NCBI GenBank assembly: GCA_040757555.1
Contig: JBFLWN010000002.1
Location: 19,116 to 83,115, forward strand
DNA: 64,000 nucleotides
Source of the DNA: Patescibacteria group bacterium
GTDB taxonomy: Bacteria; Patescibacteriota; Minisyncoccia; UBA6257; GWB1-50-10
Direction of reading: 5' to 3'
Shown here: positions 31,404 to 41,218 of the stretch, one piece after another
Layout: the number at the start of each line of letters is the position of its first letter
Numbering within the stretch: the stretch's first letter is position 1
Position numbers and translations under genes: made by a program
The notes under the pieces: generated by a model
Database searches by the model: none
The model's input: only the letters and a program-made list of their open reading frames with translations
What the model was told of the DNA's origin: nothing

Positions 31404-32351
31404 TTATTTTGTGGGAACAATTGGAGGATACAGATCTTTATCAATAGATCTCGAGAAACATTCTTCTCCGATTTTATGTTCCCAATTTCCACCCCATCCT
31501 CCATATAGGGCACGAGGAGCAGTTGCATCATTTATTGCACTATCGGTTTCAAATGTAGCGCACAATACAAATGCCTCAGGCCCATTCACCATGTATGCAT
31601 ATGCTTTTTTTGTACTCGGATCGGTCGGGGCGCTGAATCCCTTTATCGAGTCGTTCAATGCGCTGAGACTTTCGGGAAGGGTATGTTTTCTTTGCCAATA
31701 ATTTACAATTTCCGATTGCAACATCTGTAAATCGGATATTCGCTGCTCATCAAAACGTCGCGCACGCTCTGTTTTTGGAGAACCCGCAATGAAAAAGCCC
31801 ACAATAATCGCTATTCCCGCAATCGCCGAAACAATATATATGAATGTTTTTACCTTCTTTGTGAATTCCTTATTTTTTAACTCCCAAAGATAATATCCAA
31901 ATATTGATCCTGCCACAAAGAAAATGGTGAGCACCTTAAGAAGAAAACGGATGGTCAACTCCCCGCGCATAAAATTTAAAAGGAGCGCAACAAGATCGCC
32001 AAGAATAATAAGTGCGGTCACAAAAAGAGTAAAATATAAAAGCCATTTTCTGATACGTAATTCCTTCTTTTCCGGAGACGCGAGATATTCCTTATTTAAA
32101 AACATACTCGTGGCGATATGTGTCGGAAAGAATACCACAAGCATCGCAATCGCCCATCGCATTGCCTCAAACGATGCGGAAGAAGAATAATATCCGGCAA
32201 GTATATCGGGAAACCAATAATTAATACACTGAAACACAAGTGTCGAAAAACTGATCGCACTTGCGTAGAGCGTCACAATCGACAATAAATGGAGGAAAAA
32301 ATCCTTTGGTGATGTTTCCGGTTTTTTTGTTATTTGTGTTGTTTGTTCCAT
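31404..32351 (-). CDS. DUF5671-like membrane protein with pilin-like C-terminal domain
   Basis: PKDFFLHL, IRKWLLY, DEQRISDL...LPESL...DP...Y.Y...LCATF. Confidence 0.7.
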   Translation of the reverse strand: MEQTTQITKKPETSPKDFFLHLLSIVTLYASAISFSTLVFQCINYWFPDILAGYYSSSASFEAMRWAIAMLVVFFPTHIATSMFLNKEYLASPEKKELRIRKWLLYFTLFVTALIILGDLVALLLNFMRGELTIRFLLKVLTIFFVAGSIFGYYLWELKNKEFTKKVKTFIYIVSAIAGIAIIVGFFIAGSPKTERARRFDEQRISDLQMLQSEIVNYWQRKHTLPESLSALNDSIKGFSAPTDPSTKKAYAYMVNGPEAFVLCATFETDSAINDATAPRALYGGWGGNWEHKIGEECFSRSIDKDLYPPIVPTK

Positions 32352-32355
32352 ATTT

Positions 32356-32958
32356 TTATTGATATTTATCAACCCCATATTTTTCGACTAGAGTATTCAC
32401 AAAGTCCCAGTTGAGTGTTGTAAAGAATGATTCAATATACGCTTTCTTGTTTGTTCCATGATCCATAAAGAATGCGTGCTCATACATATCCATTGCAAGA
32501 AGTGGTGTTGCATTCCACACCGCACCAACATTTTGCGAATCCATTCCGTAGTTATGTAACCCATGATCTTTCCAGTCATATGTGAGTATCGCCCATCCAC
32601 GTGCGGACATTCCCGTCGCAATAAAATCTTCTTTCCATGCATCATACGACCCGAAATCTTTTTGAATCATTTCGAGTATTTTTCCTTTCGCTACCCCATC
32701 CCCGCCAAGAAGTGGAAAATATGCCTCGTGAAGTTTCATTCCATTCACCGCAAATGTCTCCTCGCGCTTTAATTCGCCGATATAACTATAGACCGCATTC
32801 GCTTCCGATTTATCGGCCTCTTGAATCTTCTTTTGAATTTCATTCACCTTCTTTACATATCCCTCATAGAGCTTCTGATGCTCTTGAACCGACTTTAAAC
32901 TGATTCCGGAAAGATCCTTATCTAATTTCAAAGGATCGGCAATAAAATCTTTTAACAT
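32356..32958 (-). CDS. Fe/Mn superoxide dismutase family protein
   Basis: H..LY.GYV, LHEAYF, DMYEHAF. Confidence 0.9.
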   Translation of the reverse strand: MLKDFIADPLKLDKDLSGISLKSVQEHQKLYEGYVKKVNEIQKKIQEADKSEANAVYSYIGELKREETFAVNGMKLHEAYFPLLGGDGVAKGKILEMIQKDFGSYDAWKEDFIATGMSARGWAILTYDWKDHGLHNYGMDSQNVGAVWNATPLLAMDMYEHAFFMDHGTNKKAYIESFFTTLNWDFVNTLVEKYGVDKYQ

Positions 32959-33073
32959 AAAAATAATAAATAACTAACGACATATTTATCATACATCAAT
33001 TTACCATACATGGAAAAACCCCATAATTTTATGGGGTTTTTCTTTACTATTAGTTGCGAGTTACTGATTGCTC

Positions 33074-33469
33074 TTATTCCGTCGTCTTTCCGTCAAAGTG
33101 ATCTCCCTCATCAGCTACTGCATCGGCTTTTGTCACATGAATCGTTCCGTCCTTATGTTCCGGTGGTGAATATAATGTGTAAAGCTTCATCGGTCCGACT
33201 CCTTTGTTTATCACATTATGTTTCGTTCCTGCAGGAACAATAATCGCAAATTCGCTTTCAATGGCTGTTTCAACCCCATCCAAAATTGCCACACCACTTC
33301 CCTCCTCGACTCGAAGAAATTGATCAAGCGTATGTGTTTCTTCGCCAATTTCTTCTCCTGGATTTAAATGCATCACGACTAATTGCGTATTTTTCGCGGT
33401 ATACAACACCTTTCGGAAATTTGTATTTTCCTTTGTCTCCTTCTCTATATTGTTTATGTATCCTTTCAT
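33074..33469 (-). CDS. Cupin domain protein
   Basis: EIGEETH..DQF, VPAGTKHNV, LYTLYSPPEH. Confidence 0.9.
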   Translation of the reverse strand: MKGYINNIEKETKENTNFRKVLYTAKNTQLVVMHLNPGEEIGEETHTLDQFLRVEEGSGVAILDGVETAIESEFAIIVPAGTKHNVINKGVGPMKLYTLYSPPEHKDGTIHVTKADAVADEGDHFDGKTTE

Positions 33470-33502
33470 ATCTATATTATACACCATCCAACATCACCCC
33501 AC

Positions 33503-33540
33503 ATACTATTCTCCTATTCGCGCGAATAGGAGAATAGTAT
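33503..33540. repeat. Perfect 38-bp palindrome
   Basis: ATACTATTCTCCTATTCGC|GCGAATAGGAGAATAGTAT, no flanking U-tract. Confidence 0.9.
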
Positions 33541-33617
33541 AACCTTCATTATCATGTTGACAAAATAACAAAAAATATTATATTCCAAAATAGCACATAA
33601 CAATTTGGAGTATAAAA

Positions 33618-33917
33618 ATGGCAAGCTGTGAAGCATGTATAATCGAAATCAAAAGCGAAAATGAGGAAATCGACAAAACAGTCAGATGGTACCCACGACG
33701 ACACCTCGTTCTTATTTCTGAACAAATAATGATTGAAAAATATCGAGGACGGATATATACCCGACCATTTCTCTTAAAAGAGATTGGCGAATTTAAAGAA
33801 ATGAAAAGAGTAAAAGTCACCGAAAAATTCGCTTATGCAATGATAGATGCATTTACAAAAAATGAATTAATTCAAATGCATGCGGACGAATTCGATAAAG
33901 TAGTAGGAATTGAATAA
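33618..33917 (+). CDS. Hypothetical protein, cassette gene
   Basis: TTGACA 33557, GGAG SD, AAAATACCCCAT...ATGGGGTATTTT terminator. Confidence 0.7.
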   Translation: MASCEACIIEIKSENEEIDKTVRWYPRRHLVLISEQIMIEKYRGRIYTRPFLLKEIGEFKEMKRVKVTEKFAYAMIDAFTKNELIQMHADEFDKVVGIE

Positions 33918-33953
33918 TAAAATACCCCATACATATGGGGTATTTTTATTTTA

Positions 33954-35057
33954 TTAAAATTCAATCAATAGAATTTCCGCGTTCGTTCCAACGCGCAACG
34001 GAGGCCCCCACGTTCCCACTCCATCGGAAGTATATATCATCATGTTTCCAAAGGGTTTCAATCCATAATCATATCCTTTATAAACAAGTTTTGTAATAAA
34101 ACTGAGTGGCCACATTTGAGCACGATGGGTGTGTCCAGAAAGCTGTATGTTTATTCCCGCTTTTTCCGCAATATCCAAGTCAAACGGCACGTGTTTTAAT
34201 AGTATATTTGGCTTACTTTTATCAACTAAACTTCTTAATATCTCTTCAAATTTTTTGCGATCCGATGAATCTTTATAATCAACACCAATAATAGAAACTC
34301 CCTGAATTTCTTTTTTCTCATTATTTAAAGTTGTTATTCCCACATTCCGCACTTCAGTTAAATATTTTTCGTTATTAGAGAACTCTTCGTGATTTCCTGT
34401 AATAAAATAAGTACCCCACGGTGCATTTAATTTTGAAAATGGCTCTGTTACATTTTTTATATCCACTTCTTCCCCATCATATAAATCACCCCCAATAAAT
34501 ATAATATCGGGACGTAACTCATTCACTTTCTCCACAATTTTTTCGGAAAACGCCCTTCCATGAATCTGCCCAAGATGAACGTCGCTGATCCACACCACTT
34601 TTTTTCCCTGCCACGCAAACGGCATATTCGGCACATGAATTTTTGATGAATTCACCACAAGTATCTCGGCGTGCACCAATCCATATACCCCAGCGATAAT
34701 TGCCAGTGAAAAAAGTATCTTTCCCAATAATGCCGAACTAAGCATCCCTAATGGAAAATTTATCAATGCAACGGCAAGCCAATATACGCACACCGCAAAA
34801 AATAAATAAAGAACAAATCCAAGCCACACGGATGAGCCTGTATAAAACATACGAGTGAATGCGTTGTAATATCGTGAAGCAATAATCGAAGCAACAATAA
34901 AACTTACTGAAAAAATACCTAGTACGATTTTCAATGTAAACAACGACGTTGGGTTACTTATCAAAAAAACCGACTCAATTGTCTTATAAATCAAAAAATG
35001 GACACAAAAAAGAATAATCTGAATTATCAATAAAACAAAAATAAATATTGAAGGCAT
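33954..35057 (-). CDS. Membrane-bound metallophosphoesterase
   Basis: SDVHLG, GGDLYD, GNHE, SGHTH; N-terminal TM helices. Confidence 0.93.
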   Translation of the reverse strand: MPSIFIFVLLIIQIILFCVHFLIYKTIESVFLISNPTSLFTLKIVLGIFSVSFIVASIIASRYYNAFTRMFYTGSSVWLGFVLYLFFAVCVYWLAVALINFPLGMLSSALLGKILFSLAIIAGVYGLVHAEILVVNSSKIHVPNMPFAWQGKKVVWISDVHLGQIHGRAFSEKIVEKVNELRPDIIFIGGDLYDGEEVDIKNVTEPFSKLNAPWGTYFITGNHEEFSNNEKYLTEVRNVGITTLNNEKKEIQGVSIIGVDYKDSSDRKKFEEILRSLVDKSKPNILLKHVPFDLDIAEKAGINIQLSGHTHRAQMWPLSFITKLVYKGYDYGLKPFGNMMIYTSDGVGTWGPPLRVGTNAEILLIEF

Positions 35058-35131
35058 ATAAAGATTATAGCGAATAAACCAATCTTATACGACATAAAAA
35101 GCGAGCTCTTAGCTCGCTTTCTGTTAAACTC

Positions 35132-35539
35132 CTATTTCAAATCACCTATCAAATATGTCTGAAGTGCTTCCCACGCTTTTTCCGGATGTGGTGTTCCGTT
35201 CGCTCTTTTTTCAAACATCTCCGTCGAATCTTTTCCACATCCTTTCAAAATACCGGGACCCCCTGGATGTTTCGAGGTAAATGAACTTATATCAAACACC
35301 TTCCCTCGTGTCACTGTCCAACAATCTCCCTCAACCGCATGTGCACCCACATCGGTAAGCGTATAGGTTTTCACCTCCTCCGTTGCACTTGTTCCGCTTC
35401 GATCGGTGGGAGCCGATTGATTTACCGCCTCTATATTCTGAGATTCATAATCTCCCGACTGTTTCTTTGTATTCACAAACACCACCACCCCCACAAATAC
35501 TATTAGTACGATAGCAAAAATAATAATAATTTTTTTCAT
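35132..35539 (-). CDS. Cytochrome b5-like heme-binding protein with N-terminal anchor
   Basis: DCW...GKVFDI...HPGG...GKDST..F...H. Confidence 0.9.
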   Translation of the reverse strand: MKKIIIIFAIVLIVFVGVVVFVNTKKQSGDYESQNIEAVNQSAPTDRSGTSATEEVKTYTLTDVGAHAVEGDCWTVTRGKVFDISSFTSKHPGGPGILKGCGKDSTEMFEKRANGTPHPEKAWEALQTYLIGDLK

Positions 35540-35583
35540 ATATATAACTATACCATACAAAACGGACTCTTCTTTTTAAAAAT

Positions 35584-36036
35584 CTATAATTTTTTTGATT
35601 TGAATGCTTCTTTTGTGGCAAAAGCGAAAAAAGTCAATATTTTATCAAATACCGATGGTTCGAAAAGACTCCTATTTTTATAGAGATAGATCAAAATTCC
35701 AAGTGGCAAAATGGAAATAATTGGATTTATAAAAATACCAATAATCACAATAAACCCGTAGAACCAAAGCGCCCATCTCTTTTTTCTTGCCATTCCATGT
35801 ACCGTGCCGAGCGACAAAAATCCAACTATAAATCGTAAAATATAAAATCCAAATCCTTCTGCGTTCGGTCTTACAACATCAGCAAATAAACTTCCGACAA
35901 TACTCAGTCCACCAATAAGGGTAAATAGTGCGATAAGCTTGATTGATGGTGGCAACCCTACAGACGGTAAATTGATATTTAATTCTTCTGCCAATTCTTC
36001 AACTTCCCCCTTTTCTTTCTCATCTTCTTTTTTCAT
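35584..36036 (-). CDS. Membrane hypothetical protein
   Basis: 3-4 hydrophobic helices. Confidence 0.75.
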   Translation of the reverse strand: MKKEDEKEKGEVEELAEELNINLPSVGLPPSIKLIALFTLIGGLSIVGSLFADVVRPNAEGFGFYILRFIVGFLSLGTVHGMARKKRWALWFYGFIVIIGIFINPIISILPLGILIYLYKNRSLFEPSVFDKILTFFAFATKEAFKSKKL

Positions 36037-36155
36037 ATGAAATAATTATAACATTTACTTTTTCGTTTTTTTAAATTAGAATCAAATTATATCTATTACA
36101 GACCAAAAGCGGTAATAGTCGAACGCCGTTGTAGAAAATTGTGAAAAAAAATAAT

Positions 36156-36317
36156 ATGTATAAATGCGAAATGTGTGGGGCAGTTTCTGAAGTAGAAGCA
36201 AAATGCCCAAAATGTAACGTTGATATGAAAAAGGTTGAAGCGACTCCAGAAGCAGCGCCTGTAACACCACAACCAACAACGGAAGGTCAGGTAACTACCG
36301 AAGAGCCGAAAGCATAA
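36156..36317 (+). CDS. 53-aa rubredoxin/zinc-ribbon-like protein (not in ORF track)
   Basis: MYKCEMCG...KCPKCNVDM plus P/T/E-rich tail. Confidence 0.75.
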   Translation: MYKCEMCGAVSEVEAKCPKCNVDMKKVEATPEAAPVTPQPTTEGQVTTEEPKA

Positions 36318-36440
36318 TGGCACAGCTCTTTCTTGTGAAAAACTCGCATACTCTGCGAGTTTTTTACTGAAATAATGAAATAAATCATTACTCCCAGATG
36401 TAGTATATAGTGTAAGGAAAAGGTCAAAATAATAAAAAAT

Positions 36441-36779
36441 ATGGAAGAAATTAAAAAAGAGCATACTGGATTATGCGAACACATGTGTCAAACCGGATGG
36501 TGTAAGAAAATGTGCTGTGGGGGGAAACACACTCTCCTTCGTTGGATATTCGGCATTATTATCCTCATTGCCGTTTTTTCGCTTGGAGTAAAAGTCGGTG
36601 AATTTAAAAGTATTATAGATGGATACAAAGGAAGTTTTGGATGGAATTCTCACCGCGGAAATCCGATGATGTTCTATGGATATGATGATGCGGGGCATGG
36701 GGACAACTTTGGTCCCAGAAGAATGATGCGCGGAATAAACCAAATTCCACAACAAAACGCTACGAGCACACAAAAATAG
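36441..36779 (+). CDS. Single-TM hypothetical protein
   Basis: Cys-rich N-terminus, TM helix, M/G-rich tail. Confidence 0.75.
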   Translation: MEEIKKEHTGLCEHMCQTGWCKKMCCGGKHTLLRWIFGIIILIAVFSLGVKVGEFKSIIDGYKGSFGWNSHRGNPMMFYGYDDAGHGDNFGPRRMMRGINQIPQQNATSTQK

Positions 36780-36795
36780 TTTTTGGTTTTAGTTC

Positions 36796-36825
36796 AAAAT
36801 TCCCCGATATATATCGGGGAATTTT
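36796..36825. terminator. Perfect 30-bp palindromic terminator
   Basis: AAAATTCCCCGATAT|ATATCGGGGAATTTT. Confidence 0.8.
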
Positions 36826-36899
36826 TATACACGTTGACAAATATCAAGCTCATCGCCATACTGAAAAAAGTTTATTTCACATAGACGAGGAGTTGCGCC

Positions 36900-37073
36900 A
36901 TGGGAGTATCAATTTCTGATATTGGTTTTCTTGAAGAAAAAATAAAAGAACTTACCCTGAAGAAGAATGATCCACATAGAAGAAATCCAAAACGAATACG
37001 TTCGTTTCAAGATCAAATTATGGATCTTGTTCGACAAAAGGAAAATGTGATTGCTCTATTAAAAGGATATTAA
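36900..37073 (+). CDS. 57-aa hypothetical cassette gene (not in ORF track)
   Basis: TTGACA(36834)-17-CATACT, GAGGAG SD, MGVSISDIGF...LLKGY, terminator directly after stop. Confidence 0.7.
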   Translation: MGVSISDIGFLEEKIKELTLKKNDPHRRNPKRIRSFQDQIMDLVRQKENVIALLKGY

Positions 37074-37183
37074 AAAAAACCCTGAGATTTTCAGGGGTTT
37101 TTCATTTATAAAAAATTGACAATGAATGGGAGGAGCGCTATAAAAAATACAGCAAATGTCATCAATTAACAAATGGAGGAAAT

Positions 37184-37810
37184 ATGAAACGCGATGTATC
37201 TTTTCTGACAAAAGGAAGAAAAATACTTGTAAAAACAAGTAGATCCGCGAGTTTTACCAAAGGAGAAATAAAGGAATCGTACACTACATATTCACATAAA
37301 AAACAATGTGATGTTCTCATGGTCGTTCTCGAAAACGGGAAAAAGGTTGAATACAACGGAAAAAACATTATTCCCCTCCTTCCGGCACTCCCTAATCATT
37401 TTCCATTCAACAAACTTCTTCTCGAAGGAAAACTCTCCGCAAAAACAAGAGACTGGAAATGGAACTATGATGGATTTGTATTACTCTACACCTCAAGCAG
37501 AACGAACAATGATGTAATCCGTGCTCATAACATCAATCCGGCAACGCATGAAAAATGCACGCTTGTTGGTATAGGAAAGTTATTGCCGGTAAGGGAAAAT
37601 ACAAAAATCGAGAAAAAACTGATCGAAAAACAATTCGGCAACGGAAAAAAAATCAATGTTTGCGCCGGTCAATTCCGATATGAATTTGAGTGGCTGGAAA
37701 AGTTTTCTCGTCCAATAGAATGGATTCCACCAAAGGGTGCAGTATCGGTTTTTTATGTTCCTGCAAATGCAATAAGCAATGAACTGCATAACGTTTTAGA
37801 ATTTAATTAA
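37184..37810 (+). CDS. ASCH/PUA-like domain protein, cassette gene
   Basis: LLEGKLSAKTRDW..Y.G.VLLY, LVGIGKL, F.RPI...KG; TTGACA(37116)-17-TATAAA; GGAGG. Confidence 0.6.
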   Translation: MKRDVSFLTKGRKILVKTSRSASFTKGEIKESYTTYSHKKQCDVLMVVLENGKKVEYNGKNIIPLLPALPNHFPFNKLLLEGKLSAKTRDWKWNYDGFVLLYTSSRTNNDVIRAHNINPATHEKCTLVGIGKLLPVRENTKIEKKLIEKQFGNGKKINVCAGQFRYEFEWLEKFSRPIEWIPPKGAVSVFYVPANAISNELHNVLEFN

Positions 37811-37859
37811 CAAAAAAATAGCTGGAATCTTCCAGCTATTTTTACTTGATGATGTGCCA

Positions 37860-38585
37860 TTATTTTTCCCGTCCACGATCTCGAGTGGGATTCGATTTCT
37901 TCGGATTTTCTTTTGAGGATTTTTCTCGAGTTGGATTGTTTTGTGGAATAACACGAGTTGGCTCCTTACGCTGTCTATCAGTATTTTGATCTTTTCTTGG
38001 AGGAACTACCTGTGGCGGTGGATCTTTTTTTATTTCATCGCGACTACGTACTCGACTCCCATCAGTCCTTCCGCGTGGAGGGTTTTTTTCGGAATCCTTG
38101 GGTTTTACATTAGATGGATTCTGTTCTTTGCGTCTATCGCGTTCGTTAAATCCTCTCTCCCCGGTATTATCCCTAATTCTCGATGGAATAAACCAATTAT
38201 TATCAAATCGGCGATATGTTCGTAAACCGCCCGGATTGAAGGGTGGAGGAATATAGTAGCGATAGGGATAACTGTACCAATGATTCCAAATTCCAAATTT
38301 ATACCCATCCCAATAGGACCCGAACCAAAGATTGTCCCAAGGACTATACCAATATACGCTGCGATACCAATAAGGATAGCGATACCCAAAGTGCCAATTG
38401 GATTGAAACTGGAAATCATCATATTGATTACCAGAATCCTGAATCGATAGTCCATCTGATGAATCGGGAATGACCGATTCATATGTGCGTTCTCTTTCTT
38501 GAATTTTGAAAGAAGTGTAACACCCACTCAAGATAAAAAGAGAAGAAAAAAGAAATAAAACGAAGCTGAAATAAAGCCTTTTCAT
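37860..38585 (-). CDS. Lipoprotein with W/Y-rich middle and disordered R/P-rich tail
   Basis: Lipobox LSG-C at residue 22; AAGGAGGT SD. Confidence 0.75.
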   Translation of the reverse strand: MKRLYFSFVLFLFSSLFILSGCYTSFKIQERERTYESVIPDSSDGLSIQDSGNQYDDFQFQSNWHFGYRYPYWYRSVYWYSPWDNLWFGSYWDGYKFGIWNHWYSYPYRYYIPPPFNPGGLRTYRRFDNNWFIPSRIRDNTGERGFNERDRRKEQNPSNVKPKDSEKNPPRGRTDGSRVRSRDEIKKDPPPQVVPPRKDQNTDRQRKEPTRVIPQNNPTREKSSKENPKKSNPTRDRGREK

Positions 38586-38705
38586 AACTTACCTCCTTTA
38601 TTAAATTTTAAATATTTATATCCTGTTTTAAGTGTATCAAATTATTATGTTAACTATAAATAAAAAAATTCCCCGATATACATCGAGGAATTTTATTTAT
38701 AAATA

Positions 38706-39254
38706 TTAACGTTGGCGACGAACAATGAAACACATCGCGACGTTGTACGCGATGGTTTCCCACGCCACTACTGTTCCGACAAATGTCCAATCGGAACCAA
38801 GAATGGTGAATAAAGCGGCAAGAGCGGTGAAAAACCAGACAGGAAACGTGTCCCGAACTGGCACGCGAATCATATCGAGCATGATCGGAATTCCGCTCAT
38901 AAAAATTGCAGCAGCTCCAGCGATAACCCCCGATGAAGGACCGAGCCAAATCCAAATAAAAACAGCAATTCCCGTTGATATGGCGGATAATGTTTCCTTA
39001 TAGGACCACATCCACGACCCGCTCTTTAGTGTCATGAGAACCACAAATCCCGCACCGAGTGACCATCCCAACGGAAGACCAATTGGTTTTCCGGAAAGAT
39101 AAGTTACAATCAACACTGTTGTATCGATAATCCACCATAAAATCCATGATGCCGGATTTGGCGGTTCATTTTTACCAGAACGGATTCGCCATGCATACCA
39201 GAATAATATTCCGGCACTTGTGATACCCGCGAGATTTCGGAATAACTCTTGCAT
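38706..39254 (-). CDS. PQ-loop-like multi-TM membrane protein, cassette gene
   Basis: PNPASW..W motif, about 6 TM; consensus TTGACA-17-TATAAT; GGAGGT. Confidence 0.7.
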   Translation of the reverse strand: MQELFRNLAGITSAGILFWYAWRIRSGKNEPPNPASWILWWIIDTTVLIVTYLSGKPIGLPLGWSLGAGFVVLMTLKSGSWMWSYKETLSAISTGIAVFIWIWLGPSSGVIAGAAAIFMSGIPIMLDMIRVPVRDTFPVWFFTALAALFTILGSDWTFVGTVVAWETIAYNVAMCFIVRRQR

Positions 39255-39286
39255 CTAATACCTCCACTATTAATTTTCTGGTCATA

Positions 39287-39315
39287 ATTATAGCACACGA
39301 ATGTATAATTGTCAA
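39287..39315 (-). promoter_or_regulatory. Consensus sigma70 promoter (example of cassette promoters)
   Basis: TTGACA-17 nt-TATAAT with extended TG. Confidence 0.85.
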
Positions 39316-39424
39316 TAACTCCCATGATCCTACACCACTCCGAAAAAAGACTAATAGGACAAAGATTGTGGATCTTTGCCAATATTTTTTATCTTTTTCC
39401 AAACACCCGAATTTCTTCCAAGCT

Positions 39425-40348
39425 CTAAGTATTGTTATCGCTTAAATCCTTTATTTTCTTCTCCAGTTCCATTATTTCATTTTTGAGTTCTATCATCTTC
39501 AATTCTCTTCCCACTAAAAGCTGCGTTAATTTATCAAACTCGTCTATTTTGTCTTCGAGTTTCTTTTTTGAAATTTCCAAATTTTGTGTTCTTTCCGCAA
39601 TTTTTTCTTCCATATTTCTTGTATATTCACTCAACTGCTCTCCCATCGCATTGAAAGATTTGGAAAGTTCCCCTATTTCATCTTTTTTTATTTTATTCTT
39701 AACACGAAATGAGTAATTCCCTCTTCTAATTTCAATCACGGCTGATTTTAAATTTAAAATCGGTTTAATAATCTGCCAACGTAAAAATACATAATTTAGG
39801 ATCAAAAAGAAAACAAGAAGAATACCGTAGTATGCAGATGATCTTATCGCAGACATCATAATATTTCTTTCTATTTTCTCAAGTGAAAAATTAATCTCAA
39901 CTGTACCCTCCAACTGCCCTGATATAAAGAGAGGAGAAATAACTGATAATATCTCTCCATTATTGGTCTGAATGGTTTTTGAAAGAGATTGTTTGTTGGT
40001 AAAAACATCGAGATTTGCCAAATCTCCCTTTCCCACCCTTTCTTGATTACTTGAAACAACAGTGTTTAATTTTCCATTTTCAAAAAGACTTAAGGAAATT
40101 TCATTAATGTCCCCATCGAGCCACATGGACTTGTAAATACTGTTAAGAAATCGCCTTTTGTCTTTAAAATCTTCCTTGCCTGCAATGCATGCTTGCAGCG
40201 AATAGCTCGTCGCATTGGCACGATCAACAAAAGAGTTCAATAATTCCTTCTTTTGGTTCTCAAAATTTAGGTATGACAGGGATAAAAAAAGAAAAGCAAA
40301 AAGAAAAAAAAGAAAAAGAGAAATTTTAAAACCGATACTTTTTTTCAT
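39425..40348 (-). CDS. Membrane sensor with HAMP domain and coiled-coil tail, no kinase/cyclase output
   Basis: 2 TM, DEIGELSKSFNAM, ends LVGRELKMIELK... Confidence 0.85.
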   Translation of the reverse strand: MKKSIGFKISLFLFFLFAFLFLSLSYLNFENQKKELLNSFVDRANATSYSLQACIAGKEDFKDKRRFLNSIYKSMWLDGDINEISLSLFENGKLNTVVSSNQERVGKGDLANLDVFTNKQSLSKTIQTNNGEILSVISPLFISGQLEGTVEINFSLEKIERNIMMSAIRSSAYYGILLVFFLILNYVFLRWQIIKPILNLKSAVIEIRRGNYSFRVKNKIKKDEIGELSKSFNAMGEQLSEYTRNMEEKIAERTQNLEISKKKLEDKIDEFDKLTQLLVGRELKMIELKNEIMELEKKIKDLSDNNT

Positions 40349-40363
40349 ATAAAACTACTTAAA

Positions 40364-41173
40364 TCATTTCCACTTTTTTTCTAATTCATTTAAATACCCC
40401 CCACTCTTCATCTCCCTAATAATCTCATTTATCGCCATAATCAATTCACTGTTTTCTTTCTTTGCCACCACTCCATAATATTCCTCGGTAAATGGATCAC
40501 CCAATAATTTAAGAGTCGGATTTTTTTTAACAATGGAAATTGCACTAATATAGTCCGTAATAATCACATCAATGACTCCTTGATCCAAGTCAGATACTAT
40601 CCCATCCTTCACATAAGAATCGGACATTTCTTTATAAGTAAAAATATTTTTTTCATCGGTATATTTTTTCGCCTCAATATAACCGGTGGTATCGGTTTGA
40701 ACTCCAATTTTTTTCCCGTTGATATTATCGAATGAATTAATGTCCTGAGAGTTGCCACGAACTATCACTGCTTGTCCCCCAGAAAAATAAGGGGTAGAAA
40801 AAAGAAACTTCTCGGATCTTTCCGGAGTAATGGAAACCGAAGAAATTATCAAATCAAATTCCCCATTTTCTAATGCGGGAAATAATGAATCCCAATCATA
40901 GTCTTTATACTGCAATGTCACCCCCAATCGATCTGCTATGTTTTTTGCAAAGTCCACATCAAATCCATCGGGTTCGCCACGATCATTTAAAAATTCCATA
41001 ATTCCATATGGGATATCGCCCCCCACTGTTAAAATTCCTGGAACTCTCAAACGTTTCAGAATTTCAGCATAATTCGTATCTTTCTGTTGGGAAAAATACC
41101 AATAACTACCAAAAGAAATAAGAAATAAAATAAATACCGATACGGCGCCAATGAAAAAAACTCTTCTACTCAT
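40364..41173 (-). CDS. Amino-acid-binding protein (SBP family 3)
   Basis: GFDVD, WDSLFPAL, ITPER, FSTPY, IGVQ.DTTG. Confidence 0.92.
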   Translation of the reverse strand: MSRRVFFIGAVSVFILFLISFGSYWYFSQQKDTNYAEILKRLRVPGILTVGGDIPYGIMEFLNDRGEPDGFDVDFAKNIADRLGVTLQYKDYDWDSLFPALENGEFDLIISSVSITPERSEKFLFSTPYFSGGQAVIVRGNSQDINSFDNINGKKIGVQTDTTGYIEAKKYTDEKNIFTYKEMSDSYVKDGIVSDLDQGVIDVIITDYISAISIVKKNPTLKLLGDPFTEEYYGVVAKKENSELIMAINEIIREMKSGGYLNELEKKWK

Positions 41174-41218
41174 GTATTTATTATACACTTTCAACATGGA
41201 CCCATGTTCAGAATATAG

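Noticed and set aside
36796-37830. Integron cassette array
   Set aside because: Hairpins are short A/T-flanked terminators without attC R-box structure, genes have their own promoters, and no intI is seen.
38628-38655. TTATGTTAACT as the XerD arm of a second dif site
   Set aside because: No matching left arm at 6-bp spacing, and the context is AT-rich promoter sequence.
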